A stretch of DNA of 37,134 nt from a virus. The translations under genes were made by a program, and so were the position numbers. Location of the stretch: the UHGV virus genome UHGV-1374865; one strand, 5' to 3'. Positions 26,384-34,708 of this stretch are shown here, in pieces (position 1 is the stretch's first letter; every line of letters begins with the position of its first letter). The notes under the pieces are model-generated. The model saw only the letters and a list, made by a program, of their open reading frames with translations. It was not told the DNA's origin and made no database searches.

Positions 26384-27022
26384 ATGAAAAAATTTGAATT
26401 AACCAGTGAATTTGTAACTTTTTTAGGAAAGAAGCTCTTTAGAATCAAGGCTCTTGTGTCGTTTGGTGATGTAGTAGAGGGAGAATTAGGCGGATTCGTA
26501 GAAAAAGAAGAAAACCTTGATCAGTCCGGTAACGCTTGGGTATACGGTGACGCTAAGGTATTCGGTGACGCTTGGGTATTCGGTGGCGCTAAGGTATACG
26601 GTGACGCTCGGGTATTCGGTGACGCTCAGGTACACGGTAACGCTTGGGTATTCGGTGACGCTCAGGTACACGGTAACGCTTGGGTATACGGTGACGCTCG
26701 GGTATACGGTGACGCTTGGGTATACGGTGACGCTAAGGTATTCGGTGACGCTTGGGTATTCGGTGGCGCTAAGGTATACGGTGACGCTCAGATACAATGC
26801 TGCCGTGATTATTCTGCTACAAGTTGTTTTGGATCAGAAAATAGGGCGACAACATTTTTCCGCACGAAAAATGAAGGAATCAGCGTGAGATGTGGATGTT
26901 TTTACGGAACACTGTCGGAATTTAGAGAAAAGGTGAAAGAACGCCACGGAGACAGCCGACTGGCAAAGGAATATTTGATGCTGGCAGATTTGATGGAGTT
27001 TAGATTATCCAAGGATGAGTAG
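26384..27022 (+). CDS. Hexapeptide-repeat (predicted beta-solenoid) protein with a Cys-rich C-terminal domain. Function unknown.
   Basis: AAAGGAGAG RBS. Fifteen consecutive 6-aa repeats G(D/N)A(W/K/R/Q)V(Y/F/H), followed by CCRDY...SCFG...VRCGCFYG. Confidence 0.8.
   Translation: MKKFELTSEFVTFLGKKLFRIKALVSFGDVVEGELGGFVEKEENLDQSGNAWVYGDAKVFGDAWVFGGAKVYGDARVFGDAQVHGNAWVFGDAQVHGNAWVYGDARVYGDAWVYGDAKVFGDAWVFGGAKVYGDAQIQCCRDYSATSCFGSENRATTFFRTKNEGISVRCGCFYGTLSEFREKVKERHGDSRLAKEYLMLADLMEFRLSKDE
26528..26797. repeat. Near-perfect 18-bp tandem DNA repeat, 15 units (GGTGACGCTNNGGTATWC), with a 54-bp higher-order duplication.
   Basis: Seen directly. Units 2-4 (26546-26599) are identical to units 12-14 (26726-26779). 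Every unit preserves the reading frame. Confidence 0.9.
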
Positions 27023-27033
27023 GAGGATAAACA

Positions 27034-27249
27034 ATGGAAGATAACAAAATTTATGTAAGCGAACAGGAATATGCCCGTCTTTGTAGATTAGATGGGAAGA
27101 TGGATGCGCTGATTGGGTATATTGCAACGGCTGAAAAGGAGTATAAATCAAAAAGAAGCACTGATTTAATCGCATACAACACGGATGACGATAAGTATTT
27201 TTTGGATGCAAATGTTGTGAAAGCAATTATCGGCATGGAGGAAGAATGA
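27034..27249 (+). CDS. Hypothetical 71-aa protein.
   Basis: AGGAGGATAAACA RBS. Confidence 0.5.
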   Translation: MEDNKIYVSEQEYARLCRLDGKMDALIGYIATAEKEYKSKRSTDLIAYNTDDDKYFLDANVVKAIIGMEEE

Positions 27250-27461
27250 TGTATGTAGGTATCGGACCGGAAAAAGGAAAGAAAGTGCATGACGAAGATG
27301 CATTCCCTTATGCTTGCGAGAGGATCAATAACGGATCGGAAAGAGAACAGGAAGCATTTATGCAGATCATGAAGGAAGCTGAAAGTTTTTACATGGCTGC
27401 AATTGCAGTGGTTCTGTGGTACTTTTCTGGGAATTGGGTGCACGAGGAGGTGAAGCCATGA
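27246..27461 (+). CDS. Hypothetical 71-aa protein with a C-terminal hydrophobic segment.
   Basis: ATGA overlap with the upstream gene. Confidence 0.5.
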   Translation: MMYVGIGPEKGKKVHDEDAFPYACERINNGSEREQEAFMQIMKEAESFYMAAIAVVLWYFSGNWVHEEVKP

Positions 27462-27619
27462 TTACGATGCAGCAGCGCAAGGAGAGAATTGGGGATTTGT
27501 TGGACGAGCGTCTTGGCATGATCGAGAGCGGGGAGGTGAATACATATTATCAGACTAGGGATATCGCAAATCTAACACAGGCACTTTTAAATATTGTGAG
27601 AATTATGAAGGAGGAATAA
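27458..27619 (+). CDS. Hypothetical 53-aa protein.
   Basis: ATGA overlap, GAGGAGGTG RBS. Confidence 0.5.
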   Translation: MITMQQRKERIGDLLDERLGMIESGEVNTYYQTRDIANLTQALLNIVRIMKEE

Positions 27620-27623
27620 AAAA

Positions 27624-28280
27624 ATGGCAACACCAGTATTGATTATTGGCAAATCAGGAAGTGGAAAATCTACCAGCATGAGAAACTGTCAGAACAACGA
27701 TTTTAACCTTATCAGGGTCCTTAATAAGCCGCTACCTTTTAAAGGAAAGGTAAATGGATGGTTTTCAGACGATTACCAGCAGATCATGAAATTATTGATT
27801 GCATCAAAAGCAGATTCCATCGTGATTGATGATGCCGGCTATCTAATAACAAATCATTTTATGAGGGGACACAGCTCAGCCGGAAAAGGAAATGGGGTAT
27901 TCTCCCTGTACAACGACATTGGAGACTATTTCTGGAACTTAATCCAGTTTATTGTGACAAAAGTGCCAGAGAATAAAATCGTGTATATTATCATGCACGA
28001 AGAAAAAGACGAAGCAGGGGAAGTGAAACCAAAAACCATCGGGAAACTACTCGATGAAAAAGTTTGCATCGAAGGAATGTTTACGATAGTGCTTAGATGC
28101 ATTGAGGAAGGCGGAAAGCATTTGTTTGTCACTCAAGCAAGCCAAGGAGCAGTAAGTAAATCTCCGATCGGAATGTTTGAGGATTTAGCAATAGATAATG
28201 ACCTACTGTTGGTCGATAAGAAAATTAGAGAATACTACGGATTGGCAAAAGGAGAAGAAAACAATGCAGAAACCAAATAA
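27624..28280 (+). CDS. P-loop ATPase, AAA_24 / Sak4-like (phage recombination ATPase).
   Basis: Walker A IIGKSGSGKST near the N-terminus. ~218 aa with Walker B-like VIDDAGY. Followed by a DUF669-like gene, the usual pairing. Confidence 0.6.
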   Translation: MATPVLIIGKSGSGKSTSMRNCQNNDFNLIRVLNKPLPFKGKVNGWFSDDYQQIMKLLIASKADSIVIDDAGYLITNHFMRGHSSAGKGNGVFSLYNDIGDYFWNLIQFIVTKVPENKIVYIIMHEEKDEAGEVKPKTIGKLLDEKVCIEGMFTIVLRCIEEGGKHLFVTQASQGAVSKSPIGMFEDLAIDNDLLLVDKKIREYYGLAKGEENNAETK

Positions 28281-28869
28281 TTTTGACAACACACAGGCAC
28301 AGGGAGAATTTACACCGGTAGAGCTTGGAGGGCATATCTTGATCATTAAGGAAGTTCTGGAAATGAAATCAAAGACAAATAAAGACATGATTAAGGTGTC
28401 TTTCGACTTCGCACAAAATGATAGCCAGCCTGGATATTTCGAAAAAGCGTTTCGAGATGATATAAGACCGGATAAGAAATGGCCGGCAAATGGAACTACA
28501 TATATTTTAACCGAGGATCAGAATGGTGACTGCAGTAAATCTTTCAAGACATTTATCACATCTGTTGAGAAGTCAAATCCGGGGTTCGTGGTAAATTGGG
28601 GCGATGGATTTGCGGAATGTTTTAAAAACAAGTTGGCTGGAGCGGTGTTTGGCATTGTAAATGATTATTACAATGGAAGGAACATTGCAAAGCATCAACT
28701 CCGCTGGTTCAGAAGCGCAGAAGGAGTGAAAGACGCTGATATCCCTGCGGAAATCGAAACAAAGGCATACAAGGATAATAACGGAGCGTCTGCAGCAGCG
28801 CCGCCGATCGGATCTGATGGATTTATGAATATTCCGGATGGAATTGATGAAGAATTACCGTTTAATTAG
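28264..28869 (+). CDS. DUF669-like protein (phage SSB-like partner of Sak4).
   Basis: The N-terminus MQKPNNFDNT...FTPVE and the C-terminus ...DEELPFN match my recollection of DUF669. RBS GGAGAAG. Confidence 0.55.
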   Translation: MQKPNNFDNTQAQGEFTPVELGGHILIIKEVLEMKSKTNKDMIKVSFDFAQNDSQPGYFEKAFRDDIRPDKKWPANGTTYILTEDQNGDCSKSFKTFITSVEKSNPGFVVNWGDGFAECFKNKLAGAVFGIVNDYYNGRNIAKHQLRWFRSAEGVKDADIPAEIETKAYKDNNGASAAAPPIGSDGFMNIPDGIDEELPFN

Positions 28870-28880
28870 GAGCGAGACAG

Positions 28881-29390
28881 ATGGATATACAGATTGACAG
28901 CAGGGAAAAAGCAAGGGCGATTCGAAAGATCGTGAAGACTTTTGATGATAATGGAGTCAAGCATTTTTCCAGTAAATTATTAGTTGGGGATTACATGTCT
29001 TTGGACAATCCCCGGCTCATAATCGACAGAAAGCAAAATCTCCAAGAGTTATGCGGAAATGTCTGCCAGCAGCACGAAAGATTTAAAAGGGAACTGCTTA
29101 AGGCTATGGATGCAGGAATACAGTTGATCATACTGATTGAGCACGGGAATGATATCAAAAGCATCGAGGATGTGTATTTTTGGAAAAATCCAAGAAAACA
29201 TGAAGTACGATGGCGCACTGTGAATGGAAAGAAGGAGAGGTATGTAGCATCTCCTAAAGCAGTCGATGGGAATCAGCTATACAAGTCCCTTTGCACAATT
29301 AGAGATCGGTATAACGTGAGGTTTGAATTCTGTGAGAAGAATGATACCGGAAAGAAAATTATTGAGTTATTGAGCGAAAGACATGAATAG
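28881..29390 (+). CDS. ERCC4-type nuclease-like protein (possible Holliday-junction / branched-DNA nuclease).
   Basis: QIDSREK ... VGDYMS ... IIDRK resembles the ERCC4 motif pattern (GDxn-ERKx3D variant). ~169 aa. Confidence 0.45.
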   Translation: MDIQIDSREKARAIRKIVKTFDDNGVKHFSSKLLVGDYMSLDNPRLIIDRKQNLQELCGNVCQQHERFKRELLKAMDAGIQLIILIEHGNDIKSIEDVYFWKNPRKHEVRWRTVNGKKERYVASPKAVDGNQLYKSLCTIRDRYNVRFEFCEKNDTGKKIIELLSERHE

Positions 29391-29874
29391 AGAAGAGATT
29401 AAACATTCATACAGCATGAGGGAGATTGTGGAGAGATATGGGTTCCATGTGAATCGGGCGGGGTTTGTTCACTGCCCGTTCCACAAGGGAGACAAGGGAG
29501 CTTCATTGAAAATCTACCCAGACAGCTTCCATTGTTTCGGATGCGGAACAAATGGAGATATCTTTACATTCGTACAGCTAATTGATCATGTCGATTTCAA
29601 AGAAGCGTTCCAGAGTCTTGGAGGAACTTATGAAAAGCCGACATTCCAGTCGAAATTGGCGATATATAGAAGCAGGAAGAAGGCAGAGCAGAGAAAGCGA
29701 GAAGAGGAAAAGCTCCGGAGAAAAAGAGAGCTGAATAACGTTCTGATTGATGTGTACCGCGATTATATGAATAAGTCGGAACCATTCAGTGACGTCTGGT
29801 GCGATTGTTGCAATGCTCTGCAATATCAGTTGTACTTATACGAAATATTAAACGAGAAGGAGGCGAGAAAGTGA
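29383..29874 (+). CDS. Primase zinc-finger (zf-CHC2) domain protein.
   Basis: CPFHKGDKGASLKIYPDSFHCFGCGTNGD is a CHC2 zinc-finger signature. The basic C-terminal tail overlaps the next gene by GTGA. Confidence 0.7.
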   Translation: MNREEIKHSYSMREIVERYGFHVNRAGFVHCPFHKGDKGASLKIYPDSFHCFGCGTNGDIFTFVQLIDHVDFKEAFQSLGGTYEKPTFQSKLAIYRSRKKAEQRKREEEKLRRKRELNNVLIDVYRDYMNKSEPFSDVWCDCCNALQYQLYLYEILNEKEARK

Positions 29875-31739
29875 AAGAAATAAACGAATTTGATGCAGAC
29901 AGCATACTGGATGATGAAGTTTTCATCGAATTATTTGAAATGGAAGATCCGATTCTCCGATCAAAAACAAAAGTGCAGCTTATCAGAAGAGCGAAACAGC
30001 TGGGCGTCAAGTCAGATTTTGAAGAGATTTTGAAAGGATACAATCAGGCTGACCGAGAAATGAAGAGACAGGAACGGGAAAACAGAACTGTTTGCACAGT
30101 AGATAACTATACGAATTTCACAGGACCTCACGATCGTATGTATTGCGGCGCCTGGATTGCGGATGATCGCGGCGTGTTCGCACAGAATTCCGGAAGGGTT
30201 GATGAAGTGGCTTGCTACCACCCAATCCTGCCAGTAGAGCGGCTGCGAAACTTAGAGACCGGGGAAGAGCAAATAAAACTGTCGTACAGGCGAAATAACC
30301 AGTGGCACGATATTGTGGTCCCAAAAACGATGATCACATCGGCGAATAAGATCGTGGCATTATCAGGAAGAGGGATTGCAGTTACGTCAGAAAATGCAAA
30401 ATTACTGGTCAAGTATCTGGCAGACGTAGAAAATGGAAATGATGACTACATAGATGTACAATATTCCACCAGTAAACTTGGATGGATAAATGACCAGTTT
30501 ATCCCCTATGATACAGATATCGTTTTTGACGGAGATAATCGGTTTAAACAGACTTTCGAGAGTGTTTCCGAGCATGGAAGTTTTGATGTGTGGCTAAATC
30601 ATATTCGGGAGTTGCGGTCATCTGGAAGAATGGAAGTGAAATTCTTATTGGCAGCTTCATTTTCCAGTGTACTGGTTCATGTTCTTGGTGGACTTCCATT
30701 TTTTGTCGATCTGTGGGGAGAGACAGAGGGAGGAAAGACGGTATCTTTAATGGTCGCAGCTTCCGTGTGGGCGAATCCAGACGAAAGCAGATATATTGGA
30801 GACTTCAAAACAACGGATGTTGCACTGGAAGCGAAAGCGGATATGTTAAATAATTTACCCATGTTTCTGGATGATACAAGCAAAACCTCCGCAAGAATCA
30901 GGGATAACTTTGAGGGAATTGTTTATGATCTGTGCTCTGGAAAAGGAAAGAGCCGGTCAAACAAAGACCTCGGAATCAATCGAGAGAATCGGTGGCGGAA
31001 CGTAATGATCTGCAATGGTGAGAGACCGCTTAGCAGCTACGTCAGTCAGGGCGGTGCAATCAACAGGATTCTGGAGGTTGAGTGTGGCGAGAAAATCTAT
31101 CAGGATCCGCAGAAGACAGCGGAAACGGTAAAACGGAATTACGGTCACGCAGGTAGGAAATTTGTGGAGATCATCAAAGAAATGGGAGAAGATGAAATTC
31201 GTTCTATCCAGAAAGAGTTTCAGAAGGAGTTATTCAACACGGACAAGATGCAGAAGCAGAGTATTTCACTTTCCATCGTTCTGACAGCCGATAAAATAGC
31301 CACGGATCTAATTTTTAAGGATGGACAGTATATTTCTATGGACGAAGCGAAACAGGTGCTTATAGACCGAAATGAGCTGTCTGACAATGAGCGGTGCTAC
31401 CAATATATCCTTGATAAAATCGCAATGAACAGCCAGAGATTTGATGTGTCTTCAAATTGTGAAAAATGGGGAATTATTGAGGACGGGTACGCAGTAATTT
31501 ACGGACAGGCATTTAAGGAAATCTGCGAATCTGGGAAATTCTCAAAAAAGTCCTTCCTGTCATGGGCTGCAAAGAAAGGCGTTATCCAGCAGGACAGCAG
31601 GGGAAATCCGACAAGGCAAAAAAAGATTGATGGGAAGAATTCAAGATGCGTGTTTTTGCGACTTGAATCGGAAGAAAATGTAGATAATGACGGGTTTAAA
31701 AGTATCGATGAGACACAGGAGAAACTGCCGTTTGAGTAG
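29871..31739 (+). CDS. DUF927-like primase/helicase NTPase (replication initiator).
   Basis: GTG start with AAGGAGG RBS. Walker A-like GETEGGKT. A 622-aa protein of the kind that partners zf-CHC2 proteins in phage/plasmid replication modules. Followed directly by an iteron region. Confidence 0.55.
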   Translation: MKEINEFDADSILDDEVFIELFEMEDPILRSKTKVQLIRRAKQLGVKSDFEEILKGYNQADREMKRQERENRTVCTVDNYTNFTGPHDRMYCGAWIADDRGVFAQNSGRVDEVACYHPILPVERLRNLETGEEQIKLSYRRNNQWHDIVVPKTMITSANKIVALSGRGIAVTSENAKLLVKYLADVENGNDDYIDVQYSTSKLGWINDQFIPYDTDIVFDGDNRFKQTFESVSEHGSFDVWLNHIRELRSSGRMEVKFLLAASFSSVLVHVLGGLPFFVDLWGETEGGKTVSLMVAASVWANPDESRYIGDFKTTDVALEAKADMLNNLPMFLDDTSKTSARIRDNFEGIVYDLCSGKGKSRSNKDLGINRENRWRNVMICNGERPLSSYVSQGGAINRILEVECGEKIYQDPQKTAETVKRNYGHAGRKFVEIIKEMGEDEIRSIQKEFQKELFNTDKMQKQSISLSIVLTADKIATDLIFKDGQYISMDEAKQVLIDRNELSDNERCYQYILDKIAMNSQRFDVSSNCEKWGIIEDGYAVIYGQAFKEICESGKFSKKSFLSWAAKKGVIQQDSRGNPTRQKKIDGKNSRCVFLRLESEENVDNDGFKSIDETQEKLPFE

Positions 31740-31740
31740 T

Positions 31741-31960
31741 ATGGTAACAAAAGTAGCAAGGTAACAACAGGAAATTGCACTATATATAAAGAATAAAAAT
31801 GCGAGAAATCCAAAAAATATGAAGTCTATATATAGATTAAAAATCATTGTTACTTTTGTTACCAACCTCAAAAACCTGTCAACCATGCTGGTTTGATAGG
31901 GTAACAGACTTTTGTTACCGGAAGAAAAATTTTGTTGCTTTGTTACGAAGAGGGTAGTGT
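31741..31960. repeat. Candidate origin of replication: eight GGTAACA/TGTTACC iterons in direct and inverted orientation flanking an AT-rich core.
   Basis: Seen directly. GGTAACA lies at ~31743, 31760 and 31899. TGTTAC(C) lies at ~31848, 31857, 31913, 31933 and 31941. AT-rich TATATATAAAGAATAAAAAT...TATATATAGATTAAAAAT lies between them. Confidence 0.55.
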
Positions 31961-32164
31961 ATGCACGAAAAAATAACAGATATCCAGAATTCGTTCTGGA
32001 AAGCATATAAAAATTATAAGTGTACCGGCTCAATGAGTCAATACAATGCAGATGTCGATGGGATTATTGAGAAGTACAGGGATGATCATGCTATGTTGAA
32101 TTTCTGCAAGAACTTGGCAATATCATGGGCGCCGGTTATTAATGAAATGAAAGAAGATGATTAA
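31961..32164 (+). CDS. Hypothetical 67-aa protein.
   Basis: RBS AGAGGGTAG. Confidence 0.5.
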   Translation: MHEKITDIQNSFWKAYKNYKCTGSMSQYNADVDGIIEKYRDDHAMLNFCKNLAISWAPVINEMKEDD

Positions 32165-32500
32165 ATGCAAGAAAGAAAAAGGGATTTATACGAGCCGTAT
32201 TTTGACGAAATAAAGCAAATGCTTGAAGATGGGTGCACAATCACTCATATACACAAAGAAATTGCGAAAAAGAGCGGAATTGACGCCAATATTAAGACGA
32301 TGAAGCGTTTTATGAGAGAAAAAGGCTTAATCCAAGAATCGGAGTATGAAAAGACCGAAATCAATAAATTGATAAAGGATAAGTTTAAAGGGATCGGTGA
32401 ATACATGGATTTTTATGAGCGCTGGGTCAAGCAGAGTTGCAGCCTAAACCGCACAATCCAGAATCCAAACCGGATATTGATGCGGAGGTATTTACAGTAG
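32165..32500 (+). CDS. Hypothetical protein with an HTH-like segment (CTITHIHKEIAKKSGIDANIKTMKRFM).
   Basis: 111-aa ORF. The HTH call is pattern-based only. Confidence 0.45.
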   Translation: MQERKRDLYEPYFDEIKQMLEDGCTITHIHKEIAKKSGIDANIKTMKRFMREKGLIQESEYEKTEINKLIKDKFKGIGEYMDFYERWVKQSCSLNRTIQNPNRILMRRYLQ

Positions 32501-32503
32501 GTT

Positions 32504-32695
32504 ATGGGAAAGAAAGAGAAACCAAAGAAAAATGAAGTACATATCTGCTCTTCCTGCGGACGGGAAATTATTGGAGATTACGAGTACATAAAAACAAAGA
32601 GAGGGACAGAGTTGTATTTTTGTAAAGATATGAGGTGTAGATGTGGAAAAAACAAAAGAGACACCAGAACAAATTATAAACAAATGTGTGAATAG
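32504..32695 (+). CDS. Zinc-ribbon miniprotein (CSSCG...CKDMRCRCG).
   Basis: 63 aa with two Cys clusters. Overlaps the next ORF by ~50 nt, so one of the two boundaries is uncertain. Confidence 0.4.
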   Translation: MGKKEKPKKNEVHICSSCGREIIGDYEYIKTKRGTELYFCKDMRCRCGKNKRDTRTNYKQMCE

Positions 32696-33008
32696 CATAG
32701 TTAAAGAGATAGCGAGCTGGAAATACATACAAGAGCATGGATGCAACGATCCGTTCTGGCCAGACGGCTGCAATATGAATCTTACAAGAAATCATATTAT
32801 AAGCTACAAGTATGATATACGGGGAATATGCGAAGAGAATAATATACCACTGCCAGAGGGATATTACCTGCCAACGCCACCGGAAGTTGATAACAACTAC
32901 ATGGCGAACTTAAAACAGAAGGAAAGAGTTAATAGGATGCGACGGCAGGGAGTGAAGTTCGCGAAGAAAAAGACGGAATATGACTTGGAACAAATGAGTT
33001 TGTTTTAA
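32643..33008 (+). CDS. Hypothetical protein (GTG start).
   Basis: 121-aa ORF. Its start is uncertain. Confidence 0.4.
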   Translation: MEKTKETPEQIINKCVNSIVKEIASWKYIQEHGCNDPFWPDGCNMNLTRNHIISYKYDIRGICEENNIPLPEGYYLPTPPEVDNNYMANLKQKERVNRMRRQGVKFAKKKTEYDLEQMSLF

Positions 33009-33022
33009 CGGAGGAATGACTA

Positions 33023-33433
33023 ATGCCAAAAACAGAAGAAACATGGATGGACGGGATTACAACAGAAATGATGGAGCATATATGCGACGACCTGTGCAAG
33101 TATCCAGATCAGCTAAGTGAAATGGAACTGGAAGATAAATGCGCAGAGTGCAAGATGGGGCGGTTTGTGTGCGATATATTGAACCAGTATAACAAGGTTA
33201 TTGATTTTGAAAACAGCCAGCGTGCGAAGATGATGAATGAAATTCATGAGCTGAAGAAGGAGAAAATGAGAGAACAAACATTTGAAGATATCCTGTACAT
33301 GATTAAAAGATCGTGTGACAAGAATTTCTACAAAGGCACTGATTACGATGGATTAAAACCGGAGATTGTAAGATGCGCCACAAATATTTACATAGAGCAG
33401 ATGCGACAGAACGGAGGAAAGGAAAATGAATAG
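33023..33433 (+). CDS. Hypothetical Cys-containing protein.
   Basis: RBS GGAGGAATGA. Contains CDDLC and CAEC pairs. Confidence 0.5.
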   Translation: MPKTEETWMDGITTEMMEHICDDLCKYPDQLSEMELEDKCAECKMGRFVCDILNQYNKVIDFENSQRAKMMNEIHELKKEKMREQTFEDILYMIKRSCDKNFYKGTDYDGLKPEIVRCATNIYIEQMRQNGGKENE

Positions 33434-33791
33434 AGAAATCCTTTTTAAAGCAAAGAGAAAAGATGATGGTGAATGGGTAGGAGGATATTACGCTTATTGC
33501 AGGAAACGACATTATATTCTTCCGGTACTAAATAAAGCAATTGGCTTTGATGAAAGAGAATACGAATGGGTTGAAGTTGACCCAGACACTATCTGCCAGT
33601 ACACAGGACTTACCGACAAGAATGGTAAGAAGATTTGGGAGAATGACCTTTTAGGACACAAACTGAATCGCGTTGAATTTTTAAATGGAACATACTGCAT
33701 AAATGGAGATAGATCTTTATTTTTCGAAGCGAACACAAATGAAGTCATTGGCAATATTTTTGACAATCAAGAGATGTTGGAGGTGGAGTGA
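33426..33791 (+). CDS. YopX-family protein.
   Basis: ILFKAKRKDDGEWVGGYY...GLTDKNGKKIWENDLL matches the YopX pattern from memory. Confidence 0.6.
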   Translation: MNREILFKAKRKDDGEWVGGYYAYCRKRHYILPVLNKAIGFDEREYEWVEVDPDTICQYTGLTDKNGKKIWENDLLGHKLNRVEFLNGTYCINGDRSLFFEANTNEVIGNIFDNQEMLEVE

Positions 33792-34009
33792 TGAAGTATA
33801 AATGCAAGCAGTCTTTTTGTGTAGATAAATACGATGATGACGGATTTTTGGTTGATAACGAAGCCATAGTAATCGAAGAAGGGAAGATTTATGAATTGGA
33901 TGAAAGCGGATACATGATGATCGGTGGTTCTGATCATGTTCATCTTGATACTATAGATGATAGTTCGTGGCTAGAAATCACGAATGATGATTTGGAAAAA
34001 ATATTTTAA
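33788..34009 (+). CDS. Hypothetical 73-aa protein.
   Basis: ATGA overlap, GGAGGTGGAGTG RBS. Confidence 0.5.
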   Translation: MMKYKCKQSFCVDKYDDDGFLVDNEAIVIEEGKIYELDESGYMMIGGSDHVHLDTIDDSSWLEITNDDLEKIF

Positions 34010-34024
34010 ACTGTTGGAGGTGGA

Positions 34025-34438
34025 GTGATGTCAAGTCCCAAAGGCTTTATTTTATATCGAATTTGGTACGGAAATTGTCTGGCGTATATTGGAAGAACCA
34101 AGCAACCATTACAAGCTAGGATTAGAGGACATATGTTTGCGAAACCAATGCACAGAGCAATAGATATCCATAATGTAACGAAGATTGAGTACACAGAGTT
34201 TCCAACAGAAGCAGATATGAACCTGTATGAAATATATTACATAAATCTGTGGAAACCACCGTTAAATGTGGATGATAAAGCAAGAGACAATCTATCTATT
34301 ACACTACCTGATAAAAAATGGGATGAATTCATTCCGGCAAATTGGGTTAATTGGAAAAAAGAAATAAGTAAAGACAACAGCGGAGTTGCTTTGTGGCATA
34401 GATTAAGAAATGAAAAAGCGTTGAGAGGAGTGGAATAA
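34025..34438 (+). CDS. GIY-YIG domain protein.
   Basis: GFILYRIWYGNCLAYIGRT...R..H resembles the GIY ... YIG motif pair. RBS GGAGGTGGAGTG. Confidence 0.45.
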   Translation: MMSSPKGFILYRIWYGNCLAYIGRTKQPLQARIRGHMFAKPMHRAIDIHNVTKIEYTEFPTEADMNLYEIYYINLWKPPLNVDDKARDNLSITLPDKKWDEFIPANWVNWKKEISKDNSGVALWHRLRNEKALRGVE

Positions 34439-34482
34439 ATGAACGTACTAGAGAAGATTTTGGAAGAGATTGAGGTGACGGC

Positions 34483-34707
34483 ATGACCAGAGAGACCATG
34501 AAACGTAGAAAGGAGACGGCAGGAGTCATCCGAAAGATAGATGCACATGATATGGCAACGAAAAAGCCCTGCGAGACAGCTTTAAAGCAACAGGAGCATA
34601 AAGCCTTTGCCTGTGATTTTAAAAGGGCTGACAGAACAAATACGGACACTCTAGGATACATAGCAAGCAAGTACAACATCAAAAAGCCAATTCCGGGAGG
34701 TGATTGA
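34483..34707 (+). CDS. Hypothetical basic 74-aa protein.
   Basis: ORF following a 15-aa mini-ORF. Confidence 0.45.
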   Translation: MTRETMKRRKETAGVIRKIDAHDMATKKPCETALKQQEHKAFACDFKRADRTNTDTLGYIASKYNIKKPIPGGD

Positions 34708-34708
34708 G

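Noticed and set aside
26528-26797. Possible CRISPR array, because of the regular 18-bp repeats.
   Set aside because: The units are contiguous with no unique spacers. An 18-bp period is far shorter than repeat-plus-spacer. The region is a single in-frame coding repeat.
26486-26888. ORFs 26486..26797 (-) and 26517..26888 (+) with repetitive translations (PSVTVY... / TLGYTV...).
   Set aside because: Alternative-frame readings of the 18-bp tandem repeat inside the real 26384..27022 gene. Their periodicity is an artefact of the repeat, and they have no RBS.
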